Below, in pieces: positions 11,271 to 24,300 of a stretch of DNA of 64,000 bases (position 1 is its first letter; every line of letters begins with the position of its first letter). The notes beneath the pieces are model-generated. The model made no database searches, was not told the origin of the DNA, and saw only the letters and a list, made by a program, of their open reading frames with translations. The stretch is from Azolla caroliniana. Lineage: Eukaryota > Plantae > Polypodiophyta. The stretch lies in NCBI GenBank assembly GCA_043228905.1, contig JBHGNT010000017.1, positions 6,820,001-6,884,000 of the forward strand. Reading direction: 5' to 3'. The position numbers were made by a program, and so were the translations under genes.

Positions 11271-11758
11271 AGCCGGACACAGAGCAGGATGGTTCCCGAT
11301 AACCGACATCAGTTCCTTAATGATCGGCTTCAACTGTTCCGACCCGACCAGTTCGGTCTTCTGCCTTCGGACCCTGCCGACTCGAACAAAGCTGATATGT
11401 CCGAGAACCTAAGTCTATACCTGTAATCTTAGATAACCCATGTATACGCCCATTACGGGGGAGTGTCGAATACATGTGTATAATGGACGTATTCACACTA
11501 TCTCGTCTTTGGCCATTTATGTAATTAGCATAAAGGGTAGTTGCCCTAAGTCGGTCACTATATATAGTGACCTTGTAACCTCTTTGTGAGGTTGGATGTT
11601 GTATTGTTGCTTTATGAAATAAAGAGTCCTTTGTGCCTCTCTGTCTCTCTCTCTCTCTCTCTCTGTGCAACGACCTACAAACTGTCATACGCAGGTACTA
11701 AACAGCAATCGAATGCTTCTCGATCTTCCGCATTCACGACCTCGCTTCCAACAGACGG

Positions 11759-14700
11759 GTGCGTCCTCTCGTCAGGTGCAATTACTCAAGCTACAATCCC
11801 ATTAGGGATTTGTGTGGGCTCACACCAGGAGGAGCTCGCCTTTTACCTCATCGCATCTCCTTGACATCCGATCGTCTTAGGACTAACGTGGTTGGAGGGG
11901 CACAATCCAATAGTGGATTGGTGCAACCGCTCGATCACATTTAGCAAGCCAGGATGCTCGTGCAAAAGTATGAAGGTAAATTCAGTTTGCCATCCTTCGG
12001 AGAAGGTCGATTCCGATTTGACTACCCCATCATCGGTCCAGGATGGGTTTGTTTGTGGCGTTGTTTCTAACACACTCCATGTTATTCCCGACAAATACCA
12101 ACACTTCTCCGACATATTTGAAAAGTGTAATGCTGATCGTTTGCCTGAACACCGGCTCTACGACTGTCCGATTGATCTTCAAGAAGGTGCGTGTCCACCC
12201 TTTGGTCCTCTATATGCGTTGTCTGCACCAGAATTGAAGGCCATTCATGTGTATCTCGATGAGAACCTCGAGAAAGGATTTATTCAACCTTCTAAGTCAC
12301 CAGTCGGGGCCCTCATTTTATTTGTGAAGAAGAAGGACGGCTCTCTACGCTTATGCGTCGACTACCGAGGTCTCAACAAACTCACTGTGCCCAATCGCTA
12401 TCCGCTACCTCTGATCCCCGAACTCCTTGATCGGCTCCGAGTTGCGCATGTCTTCTCCAAAATTGATCTGCGTGGAGCGTACAATCTAGTATGCATCAAG
12501 CCAGGGGATGAATGGAAAAACGCATTTCGAACACGGTATGGGCATTTCGAATACAAGGTAATGCATTTTGGTCTTACTAACACTCCAACAGTTTTTCAAC
12601 ATATGATGAACGATATATTCCGGGAATATCTTGATCATTTTGTTGTCATTTACCTCGATGATATTCTCATTTTCTCGCCAAACATGGAGGAGCACACTCG
12701 CCAAGTCCGATTAGTTCTTGCCAAACTTCGCGAGCATGGCCTTTATGCCAAAGGCAAGAAATGCGAGTTCGACCGTACCTCGATCGAATTTCTGGGCTAC
12801 ATCATCTCACCCACTGGCATCACCATGGATATGAAGAAGTTCTCTGTCATTCAGGCGTGGGCGACTCCAAGGCGACTTAAAGATGTGCAATCCTTCCTCG
12901 GCTTCGCGAATTTTTACCGTCGCTTCATCAAGGGGTTTTCCACCCTAGCCCAACCTCTTATCACTCTCACTTGTAAAGGAAATCCATTTTTATGGACCCC
13001 GGAGGCGCAAAATGCATTCGACTCACTCAAACACACATTCATCACTGCCCCAGTGCTGCTACATGCCAACCCCACAAAACCCTTCCAAGTCGAAACCGAT
13101 GCCTCTGGCTTCGCCATTGGTGCCATCTTATCCCAGGCAGATGACACCAACCTAATGCACCCAGTGGCTTACTACTCCCGGAAATTCACGGCATCCGAAA
13201 TCAATTATCCCATATACGACAAGGAGCTTGCTGCTATCATTGTTGCCTTTGAAGAATGGCGACCCTACTTGGCCGGCGCACAACATCGTGTCTAGGTAGT
13301 GACTGATCATAAAAATTTAGTTTATTTTTCCACCACTCGTACTTTGAATCGAAGGCAGGCCCGTTGGTCGACATTTCTCGCCGACTACGATTTTGAGATC
13401 GTATTTCGACCTGGTGACCAACATGGGAAGGCCGATGCACTTTCTCGCCAAGCTGACCTTGCACTCCGCCCTGGGGATGCTGCTTATGCTCAACAATCTA
13501 GACGTTTGTTGAAACCTGACCAATTGCATCTTTTTGCCACTTGTATGTTGCAGGATGATTCATTACTCCAACAGATCACTGATGCGTTCGCCAACGAGAT
13601 TCGAGATAGTTTGCAAAACCCCTCCAAGGCAACCAAAAGGAAGGATCTTGACACCTTCACCATACAAGAGGGTTTTTTGTTCCAAGATCATCTCTTATAC
13701 ATCCCAGAGGGCCCATGTCGCACCCGGGTGTTGCGGGAATGCCACGATGACCCACTTGCAGGTCATTTCGGGGTCGCGAAAACCCTCGAGCTACTCTCTC
13801 GGGGGTATTGGTGGCCACAACCATGGAAGTTGGTCAAAGAATACATAAAGAGTTGTGAGGTTTGTGCTCGCTCCAAAGCCATTCATCATCGGCCATATGG
13901 CTTACTACAGCCGATTCCATGTCCTCGTTGTCCTTGGGCCTCTATCTCTATGGACCTGATAACTGACCTACCCTTGGTCAATAGCTATGACTCGGTGTTG
14001 GTCATTGTCGATCGGTTTACGAAGATGGCTCACTTCACTCCATGCTCCAAAACCATTTCCGGAGAAGGAAGGGTGCATCTACTACTCAACAATGTGGTAC
14101 GCTTGCATGGACTCCCCGATGATGTCATCTCCGATCGCGGACCCCAGTTTGTCTCTCACTTCTGGCAGCGCCTACTACAAACTTTAGGCATCTCTATCAA
14201 GTTGTCATCCGCTTATCACCCCCAAACTGACGGGCAAACGGAGCGTGTCAACCAAATCCTTGAGCAGTATCTTCGGTGCTCTGTTAGTTACCAACAAGAT
14301 GATTGGGTCAACTTACTTTCGCTCGCGGAATTCGCCTACAATAATTCTCTCCATGCATCGACCGGCGTCACTTCCTTCTTTGCCAACTATGGTTTACATC
14401 CTCGCTTCAACATTTCCCTTCCTACCACTTTCGTGAACCCTTCGGCGGTGGATCGTGCTCGCATTTTGGAAGAACTACATCATGATTTATCCTTGGAGCT
14501 TAGTCTTGCTAGTGAACGATACAAGCAGCAAGTTGATCGCCATCGATCTGCCACTCCACACTTTGTCGTTGGAGACATGGTCTGGTTGTTACGTCGACAC
14601 ATCTCTACTACTCGTCCATGTGCGAAACTTGATTACAAGAAGTTGGGACCATTCCGTATCATCGAGTGCTCCGTCGCCTTCCGGCTCGCCCTTCCATCCC

Positions 14701-15020
14701 ACTTCCAAATTCATGATGTTTTTCATGTCTCCCTCCTCGAACCCCATTATGCTTCACAACTCCCAGGACCGCAGGCCCCTCCACCACCACCTGTGCAATT
14801 GACAACAGTTGAGGAATATGAGCTCGACCAAATCCTTGACTCGCGTTGGCACCGTCGACACTTGCAATACCTTGTCCTATGGAGGGGTTACCCCATGTCT
14901 GAGGCCACGTGGGAACCATCGGAAAATTTAAAAAATGCCCCAAAGGTTGTCCAAGATTTTCATCTCCGATATCCCCACAAACCAGCGGCCGATTTGGGAA
15001 GGCGGCGTCAGAGGGGGGAT
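11759..15020 (+). pseudogene. pol: pol of element A (protease C-terminus, RT, RNase H, integrase, chromodomain) with premature stops
   Basis: LRLCVDYRGLN, YLDDILI, VETDASGFAIG, HDDPLAGH...CEVC, ISDRGPQF, HPQTDGQTERVNQ, GPF, and chromodomain EEYELDQILDSR...YLVLWRGY...ATWEP. Stops at 11862-11864 and 13293-13295. Confidence 0.92.
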
Positions 15021-16139
15021 AATGTTAAGATTCGAACTCTTGACACGACCATGTTATAATATAGTATCATGGGTTAACCAATATATCTAGTACACAGTTA
15101 TGTATATAATTGGTCCTTATTGTTTTGCTAGCATCATGTGCATAGTTGCTCCCTTGTAGTATTTACACTTGGCACATGCATGCATACCTACATGCTCTAT
15201 TGTAGATTCACAGGTGTGCAACAAGTATGCATGCCATGTAGTATAAATAGAGGAGTTCACCTTGAAGGAATTCAAGGTGAACAACACCAGTTATGGAGTC
15301 TTTCCGTTAATACTACTCATTCATTTGTCTATCTTCTTTCTTGTCTCTTGAGCTTATGATCTATCCGTGACAGTGAGCTTCCCATTTCTCTGTCCGTGTT
15401 CCTATTGTTCGGAAGGAAACTCTTCATCTTTGTGTTGACTTTCGCTCACTTCTTTGTCGGCTGCAGAGGATTCTCAACCCTCGCGCTCTGCTACCATGTA
15501 AAAGAACACGTGCGGAAGCTTATGTGAAACATCGAGTAAACAGTCGGTTATCCAGAATGCAACACAGAGAATGGAGATAAACAATATGTGAGAGAGATAG
15601 AGATAGAGTAGATAACCAAAATTTCCATTAGCAAAAGACTCTCTATACATACAACATGCCCATTGAGCACTTTTTATACAAGCCCTAACAAGCGGGCTAA
15701 CACAAGTACTATCAATACTTTAATGCTCATGAATGAGCCTGACACTAATAACCTATAATATTCCTATTTACTAAAATAGGAATATAGGCCCCTAACTGCC
15801 TACCCGATTTCATCCAACTCGGCATAGCCAATCGGTCTCCATCTGATCCGGCTCCTGGCTTCTTTAGCCGATCCGGTTCTCGGCTTCTTCAACCGATCCA
15901 ACCCAAGTTGAGCTTGCTCACTCAACAATAAGTTCGACTCCACCATCTCTAGGGATAGATGCTTACCTTCCAGCCTGGTGTTGCCTAATGCGACAACAAC
16001 GTTTCCCAGCAATCTGGAAAGGATCCTAGCAACAACAACGCCAATACCTCATTGGCAAGAGGCACGTCTCGAGAGGTGGTTTGATTTATCAGTCCTCAGA
16101 AGGAATTTAGGTGCCTCACCATGCTGGAGTCATCTTGAT

Positions 16140-16712
16140 ACCAGAATCTGAGACTCCGTTGACAACATTTTTGTTCTTGAACATTATGTCGATTTTCTTC
16201 TAGAGGACTTCCGCATCTGTCTCTTCATTGAAGTTGTTGTATAGACTAATGTCTATAAAACACCTTATGTATGTTGCTGCCTTTTGATGCATGACTTCCC
16301 AAGTCGTTGCATCGATCTTGTTAGGCTTGGTCTTGCCGTATTGCACCGACAACCATAAATCTTTACACACAAGGATATCCCGCATCTTCGACTTCCACAC
16401 TTAATTGGAGCCAGTTAACTTGAACATTCCCCCAAAATGTTCATCCATCACACTGATACCAGTTTGTGTGGATACTATTGGCCACAACCGGTTGATACTC
16501 GTGTGTACCCGGGTGCAAAGATAAAAATAAATAAAAAGATAGAAAAATAGAAGACACTAAGAGAAAAGTATATTTACGTGGAAAAACCCTGAAGGGAAAA
16601 ACCACGGGAGTCCTCAGACCCCGAACTATATCACTATATGAGTAAGGTATACAATAAGAAGCTCCAAGGCAACTAACTTGAGTTCTTCTTCGTTAGCTTG
16701 ACGGTTACAAAG

Positions 16713-16760
<48 letters not shown>

Positions 16761-17050
16761 GTTACAGAGGCAACAACCAACGATAACTTTACACAATGAC
16801 ACTTCTTCCATGCACAAAATGATCTGCCCTAGATGTATTTATACTAATACATCTTTTAGGGCTATTTACAATTATAGCTTGAATAGGCGCAACAAAACCT
16901 ATTTACAAATCTGGCATTTTTCGGATGTCTCTCTAGATCCAAATCTGGTCTCGCTTCTTCATCTTGTTGGTTCCTCGAAATCTAGTCCGGTTCGTGCTCT
17001 CCTTCCCATCCGGAGGGACCTGGTTCCTAACAGGAGCCACAGTAACATTT
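16140..17050 (-). mobile_element. 5' remnant of another Copia (gag N-terminus, PBS, LTR with a (TC)n tract); boundaries approximate
   Basis: WKSKMRDILVCKDLW...KAATYIRCFID (16200-16400). PBS TGGTATCAG on - at 16453-16461. LTR-like sequence follows from ~16465. Confidence 0.6.
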
Positions 17051-18357
17051 CACAAGAACTTATTGGCAACTCCCCAAATAAGACCAAAACATGCACCAGA
17101 AGACGACAAAGAGGTGCTTATCGTGCTAAGAGGCGGTTGCCAATATGCGAGACTGAGAAGATTCAGATTTTGTATTGTGATGGCTTGACCTTGACTTTGA
17201 GAGACTCGAATGCTGATTGTTGCAAAAATTATGGTTGTAATTTTCCATCCTCCCCACAATAGCCATGATCTTGGACTTTTTGTTTTGATTTAGTGACTAT
17301 TTAGGTTTTTGGTCTCTGAAATCAACATTGGATATGGATATGGATATGGTGTGATCTTTGAAACTTTTCGTGACACTGGAAATTTGTGTAAGTTGAAGCT
17401 TCTAATATCTTCAAAAAATGGTGACTACAATTTGTTGTGTCTATAATGGTGGTTATAATTTGTTATGTCTTTGAAATCTAAAAGTTTAGGTGATTACGGT
17501 TTTACAGAATATGTGTGATCTTTGAAGCATTTCCCGGTTGAATTTTGTGGCATTTTAAGTGTATGGTGGTTGCAATTTTGTTACATTGAACTTTTGTTGC
17601 TCTTGGCTGAAATTTTTATGGTGGCCCAAATTTTAATCATGGATAAAATCTGAGACGGAACGGTATTTGGAATAATCTTTGACTTTTTGCTTTACATTTA
17701 GCGATGGATTGCGCAAATTTTAATTTTCATGGTGGAGTTTTTATATATCTAAAACTCAGAGATTTTGATCTTTAAATAACTTTTTTGAACTCAAAAGCAA
17801 ATTTTCAACCGGGTTACTCGAATTAACCAGGTGACTGTTGTTAGTCGAGTTACCCTCGACAGAGCCGGGTAACCCAAAAGAGCCGTTATCGAAGATAGTA
17901 GAAGGGGCAAATTCGGGTTATCAGTGATAGTAGAAGGGGGTTGAGTAGGGTTATTGAGCGACACAGGCTGGTCGGGGCGGGGTTATTGGCAAGTCGGACA
18001 ACTTTTTGGATAAAGATCTGATGGTGCAGGTCGCACACTTTCTTGGAAACGACACAGCCTGCACAGTTCGTGGCCGGAGATTCCCTCGCCAAGAAGAGGC
18101 ATCTATACATGATGTGGTAGCAAAAAAATAGTCACAAGAGGAGACTGTGACTCTAGAATAGGGCAGGGACCAAGGAGACTATGATGACCACACGCCCATA
18201 TGTACGTACATACATAATACATACATACATACATACATACTGATACATTCATTCACATGGAAGCTTTTTTGCTTTAAACCACCCCCATAGAGACTCAGAG
18301 AGAAGCAGGCAGGGGGCCAGGACGGACGGACAGACAGACAGACAGACATTAACGGCC

Positions 18358-21300
18358 ATGGAGCAGCTCTCTACCCTCAGCTTCCATCGCCCTCTCATCC
18401 TCCCAGCTCCGCTGAAGCAGCACCGCTTCTTCATCAGGGACAGACCCATCGCCTCCTCCTCCTCCTCCTCCTCCTCCTCCAAGTGCTTCTTTGCTAGCAC
18501 CATCCGTGGTCGCATCAAAGGTTCGTCCACTCTGCTCTGTCTATCTATTTATCCTAGAAATGTGATTGTGCACCATATGATATCTCATACACAGCTTCTG
18601 TTCGAGCTCTGAAATTGTAATAACATAGCAATAAACCTATTAAGAAAAATGAGGAATGGGAACTACACGGTAATACGTCTAGTAGGAAAATCGAAGTTTG
18701 GAACCACGTGGTTGGAATGTACATAGAATTGCGACTAAATGGTAGTAAATCTAGCAAGGGAAAAGAAGATTGGAACTATGTGGTAGTAATGTAGTTAGAA
18801 AAAGGAAGGTTGGAGCTGCATAATAGTGATCTACTAAGAAAATGAACAAGACTATCAGAAGAGAAGTGTGAAATATACTGCATCATACAACCTACATTAT
18901 ACATCATATAACACGCAACATATAACATATGATCCAGGAGTGTTAGTAGTCATCCTAGAGTATTCAAACCGAGCTCTATGGACATTATCCGATCATGGTA
19001 GATCATTGAAAAATAGACACGTGGTAATCATCCAAATCTTTTGCACGTGTTTCTGAATCGTGGTTTGTTTACATCTCCTCTTCATCAAGTATCATGGAGG
19101 AGGATATTGAAAGCGAGGGATGATGGCCTGGATACAAAAACTTGCGTTAGGCATGTTGATGATGTAATGTGCTCTTAATGTAATATTTCCATCCTATACC
19201 CATGTTGCTCATTTGAATGCATGAGAAACCTGCCATTTGTTGGTTTTGAACAAGTGCCAACAACCATCATGTGAACAATAGGGAAAAATGGTGTATTCAT
19301 TCTAGTAGGCAGATTAACTGTTTACACTAACTTCCTCTTGTACAAGAAAGAACTTTAGAAGATATTCTGAGGTTTAGTCATTGCTACTTCCTCTGCATTG
19401 TATATGTATCTGCTTGCTTAGGAGCACATGAGACCTATCACCTGCTCAAGCAATCACAATGTATTTTCGCAATATATTATGGCATCGGAGATTTGACATT
19501 CTGCACGTTACTTTGCACAAGTGATATGGTACTAAGAGTTTTAGAACTGATAGCAGTTAAATTAATTTGTGGATGCTCAATTAGAGAATGAGACAATGAC
19601 AACATGTGGAAGTGCTAATGGGGCTCTTGGCATCGTGAGGCCATGACCACCAACAATGTTTGGGGCAAAGCTAGATGGGTTGAACTATACATTGTGGAAG
19701 TTCAAGATAACCACCAATTTACAATCCTATGAACACTTGGACGCCATCTTTGGGCTAGAGAGTGGACGTCACAAGGTAAAATGTCTTTGAGATCAGCCAG
19801 CAGTAGTAAGGGTGGTGAAAATGAACATCGAGCTTGTGCAGAAATATATCCATACCCACCTGAAAAATATGATGCCCAGGTCATCAGCTTAGGGTAGTTT
19901 TTGAGCAGGTGGGAATCATGGATCCAAAGTACCAAATGTTGATGGTACCAATATCTGCCAAAGATTTGTGAGCATGGAAAAGACGTTGTTGTGAGGATTT
20001 CCAGCAACGGCGAGAAAACTGGGTGGAACGGGCAAAGTCGGCGGTGTGCAACATGTGCACATGTACCTTTGGAAATGTAAATAGAAATAGAAGGGAAATT
20101 GCAAGTGTGCTAAAGTGCACGGGAGTTAATGAGGAATAAGTGTCATGTGTACATTAGTGCACTTGCATACATAGTGGGGATGTGGTAATGTACCTCATCA
20201 ATCTCTCTGGAAATCAAGGCAAATATCTCTGAAAATGAGGAATATTTGACTGACTTTGTAACGTATCTCCCTCCTTGGGTTATAAAAGGAAGGGAGAGTC
20301 TCCTGTTTAAGGGTTCCCCATTTTTGGTTTGTTTTCCCGGTTTTTGTGTTCTCTCTGTCTGTTCGTTAGTCTGTTAGGGGTTTGGGGTTCCATTTTTGGT
20401 TTAGGGTTTAGTTCTGTTCGAGCTTGTTTGCTATGTGGAGTTTCCGATTTCTGCTCTGTCTTCTATGCAAGACCTCACTGTTAGAGACATGAACTAATGT
20501 AAGCATTAGATAAGGATAGAATATAGATAGATAGATTGAAAGGAGAGAGAGAAAGAAGGGTGCTGATCCACCCGACCACCCCCGAGCGAAGGGATCGAGA
20601 TAGACTCGAACCTCGATCGACGTCCCATACCACCGGTGTGGCGTCGAGTCGTACTTGGTGCTAGCGCGCTCGCTACAAGAGTTGACCCACCACAAGACAG
20701 AGTCTCGACGTAGTCAACAAGATGATCAAATGAGGGTAGCTAGGCCTCTTATTTATAGCGATACCCAAGGTCCCCAGGCAAGTTCACACTTGGCCTAATG
20801 GGTTGTCTCAATCCCGAGGATTAAAAGTAATTCTCTCCTTCTTTACACTCTCGTTTAACCCTCACACTTATCCACGTGTATAGAATACTACGGTAAATTC
20901 TCACCACGGGATATTATATGGCCATGCCCGTAACATACTCCCCTTCTTTAAAACATTGCACTCTTGCAATGGAAAGTTAGGGAAGTTAGTTCTGGGAGTA
21001 TTTTCGCGTTCCCATGTGGCATCTTTTATTGATTTATCCATCCATTTTGTTTTAAATTCTTGGATTTCTTTAGTACGTAATTTTTTTGTTTTAACATCGA
21101 GAATTCTTTCTGGTACATGTGGTTTAGAAAATAATTCTTCAGAAGTAACCAGAGTTTCAGTTGTAACTATATTGTCGCTAGAACCTAGAAGTTCTTTTAG
21201 ACAACTCACATGAAAAACTGGATGAATTTCAACACCATCGGGAAGAGCGAAACGATAGGCTGATGACCCAATGCGTTTGAGGACTGTAAAAGGTCCACAA

Positions 21301-24300
21301 AACCATGGGGCTAACTTAGCGCACTTACCCTTAGACAATGTCTTAGAATTGTGAGGTACACGTAAAAATACCTTCTGTCCAGGGTTGAATACATGAGGTT
21401 GCCTATGATGATCAGCATAAAAACGCGCTCTATCTTGAGTTATTTTTATATTATCTCGTGCAATATGCAACATATCTTGTATATCCCGAAGAAAGTTTTG
21501 CGTACTTCGCAACTCATCATGATGTATATTAACATCAATTGGGGTTCGTGGCTGAAAACCATACATCAACATAAAAGGACTATATCCCGTCGATGTATGC
21601 TTGGAACTGTTATAAGCAAACTCCAAAATTGGGATATAACGTTCCCATTTTGTTGGTTTTGCACCAACGTATGCTCGAAGCATGTCCTCAATAATTTGAT
21701 TTACTCGTTCTGTCTGTCCATCGGATTGAGGATGATCCGTGGAGCTCATGCTCAATGTAGTTTCTAACTTCTTGAAGACTTGCGTCTAGAAGTCACTAGT
21801 AAATTTTGGATCTCGATCACTCACGATATCCATCGATAACCCATAAAAACGAAATAACTCGTCAACGAATTGGTAAGCCAATTCAGGAGTTGTTACTGTG
21901 GTTTTAGTAGCAATAAATCTGGCCATTTTAGTTAGTCTATCAACCACAACCCAGATGGCATCATGACCTTTTTGGGTGCGAGGAAGGCTAACAATAAAAT
22001 CCATGGATATACTTTCCCACTTATTATTGGGAATGTCCAAGGGATGTAAAAGTCCTGCGGCTTTGTTAACCTGACATCGGTGACATTTAGTCACATAACT
22101 ATGTATGTCAGGGCGCATCTTAGGCCAATAGAATTGAGTGGAGATGAGAACGAGTGTACGATGTATTCCAGGGTGCCCTGCTGAGGGTGCATCATGACAT
22201 TCAAAAAGAATTCTCTTTTTGATCTCAGGAAAATCTGGAACTCAAACCTTCCCATTACGGTAGAGTAGACCGTTAACCACAACCCAGATGGCATCATGAC
22301 CTTTTTGGGTGCGAGGAAGGCTAACAATAAAATCCATGGATATACTTTCCCACTTATTATTGGGAATGTCCAAGGGATGTAAAAGTCCTGCGGCTTTGTT
22401 ATCCTGACATCGGTGACATTTAGTCACATAACTATGTATGTCAGGGCGCATCTTAGGCCAATAGAATTGAGTGGAGATGAGAACGAGTGTACGATGTATT
22501 CCAGGGTGCCCTGCTGAGGGTGCATCATGACATTCAAAAAGAATTCTCTTTTTGATCTCAGGAAAATCTGGAACTCAAACCTTCCCATTACGGTAGAGCA
22601 GACCGTTAGCAATGTGGAAGTATTCCTTCGAGGATGTGGTGGTGGTCGGGTGGATTGGCACCCTTCTTTCTCTCTCTCCTTTCTATCTATCTATCTATAT
22701 TCTATCCTTATCTAATGCTTACATTAGTTCATGTCTCTAACACCCACTCGGCGCGACGAGCCTGAGAGCTCCCCGACTGCCGGCTGGCGGCAGACAGTGG
22801 CTATAATTTGGTCAGTTCGGTCCAGCTCGGAGCCGGAGTTGTATTCTGCTCGTTCTGTACATAAATATACATATATAAGAAGTTGTGCGTAAACTGTGTC
22901 TTTGGTAGTGTCGGGTGTGTTCTCTCTTTTCCGGTTTCTGAGTAGAAGATGTGTGTGTGTGAATGTGCGTGCACGGTCTCTCTCTCCCTCTCTTTCTCGT
23001 TCGGTTGTTTCCAGTACGTATCCGGAAACACACCAGTCGGTGTCACAACAGGCGTAATAACCGGAACTGACGAAACTCTCTTTCATCCTCCGTTTCTCTC
23101 AGGTCCAAGACCCCGGTGGTCCTGCCCCGGATCCTACACATACATGCAGATTTTTGTGACAACTTGATGTTGATACTACTCTCCTTTCTATCTATCTATC
23201 TATATTCTATCCTTATCTAATGCTTACATTAGTTCATGTCTCTAACACCCACTCGGCGCGACGAGCCTGAGAGCTCCACGACTGCCGGCTTGGCGGCAGA
23301 CAGTGGCTGTAATTTGGTCAGTTTGGTCCGGCTCGGAGCCGGAGTTGTATTCTGCTCGTTCTGTACATAAATATACATATATAAGAAGTTATGCGTAAAC
23401 TGTGTCTCTGGTAGTGTCGGGTGTGTTCTCTCTTTTCCGGTTTCTGAGTAGAAGATGTGTGTGTGTGAATGTGCGTGCACGGTCTCTCTCCCCCTCTCTT
23501 TCTCGTTCGGTTGTTTCCAGTACGTATCCGGAAACACACCAGTTGGTGTCACAACAGGCGTAATAACCGGAACTGATGAAACTCTCTTTCATCCTCCGTT
23601 TCTCTTAGGTCCAAGACCTTGGTGGTCCTGCCCCGGATCCTACACGTACATGCAGATTTCCGTGACAACTTGATGTTGATACTATGTATGAGCAACAAAT
23701 TCATTATTGATGGCGGTTAATGCTGGGAAATGATGAGAAGGCGAAATAATTTAACTCAAGAACAAAATGTCTTTGAGATCAGCTAGAAGAAGTTAGGGTG
23801 GTGATGCAAACTATATATTTGATTGAAGTTGCAAAAAAGGTGTAAAGTGGATGACTCCGTTAGAAATTTATTCAGCATGAAACCTTTTGCCATACATTTG
23901 TGGATATCCACATACCTCAGATTGTACAATCAAGGTCTTAAGAGAAAGGTATCCCCACCTACCAATCAAAGTAGGTAAAGCGCAAAATGATTCATAAATG
24001 AAAACTTGGCTGAGGACTGGGTGAACTTTGAACAACTCAATCTGGACCAGGATGAAATTCTGCTTCTTGAGGGGGAGGATTGATTCCAAGAGTCAAGATA
24101 AGAGTTTGCGGATTTCTAATCCAACAGTGGGTTTGTAGAGATCTAGGAGAATAGAGGAGTAGACATGTTGGAAGTGTTTTCATGATGCTTTCAATATATG
24201 GTGTGCATTGTGGTAAACCAATCCAAATTTACAGCTTGTGATGTGTATGTGGGAGTGGTAATTTGGGTAGGCTGGTGGTAATGAAGCATGTGTGCCCCAG

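Larger units (their letters stand above)
6383..11753 (+). mobile_element. Intact Ty1/Copia LTR retrotransposon (Tnt1/Tork-like), very recent insertion
   Basis: 290-bp LTRs 6383-6672 and 11464-11753, identical by eye. TSD GACGG (6378-6382 / 11754-11758). PBS TGGTATCAGAGC at 6675-6686. G-rich PPT at 11455-11463. Single uninterrupted ORF. Confidence 0.97.
4309..15372 (+). mobile_element. Full-length degenerate Ty3/Gypsy chromovirus, Tcn1-like (element A), carrying two nested insertions
   Basis: 350-bp LTRs 4309-4658 and 15023-15372 (TG...CA, ~7 differences by eye). Perfect TSD GTGAG (4304-4308 / 15373-15377). PPT AGAGGGGGGATAA at 15010-15022. Domain order gag-PR-RT-RH-INT-chromodomain. Confidence 0.95.
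3496..15927 (-). mobile_element. 5' part of a degenerate Ty1/Copia (family E): 5' LTR 15497-15927, PBS 15485-15496, gag split by element A; 3' part lost
   Basis: Gag peptide MHQYLLGHRYWTYVEG...ASCVHDQM...LLLRLELNN (3981-4253) continues at 15373-15385 (MGSSLP). The PBS reads TGGTAGCAGAGC on -, a variant of the iMet PBS. The LTR resembles 61590-62017. Confidence 0.75.
19987..23050 (+). mobile_element. Probable solo LTR (~0.8 kb net) in intron 1, interrupted by the 20479-22742 insertion
   Basis: Termini TGTTGTGA...TCACAACA. Flanks GACGT (19982-19986) / GGCGT (23051-23055). TATAAAAG at ~20281. The right boundary is uncertain. Confidence 0.55.

Noticed and set aside
17300-18010. Possible DNA-transposon end (GGGTTA-rich motifs, short repeats) upstream of the gene
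   Set aside because: No matching second terminus or TSD could be found by eye.
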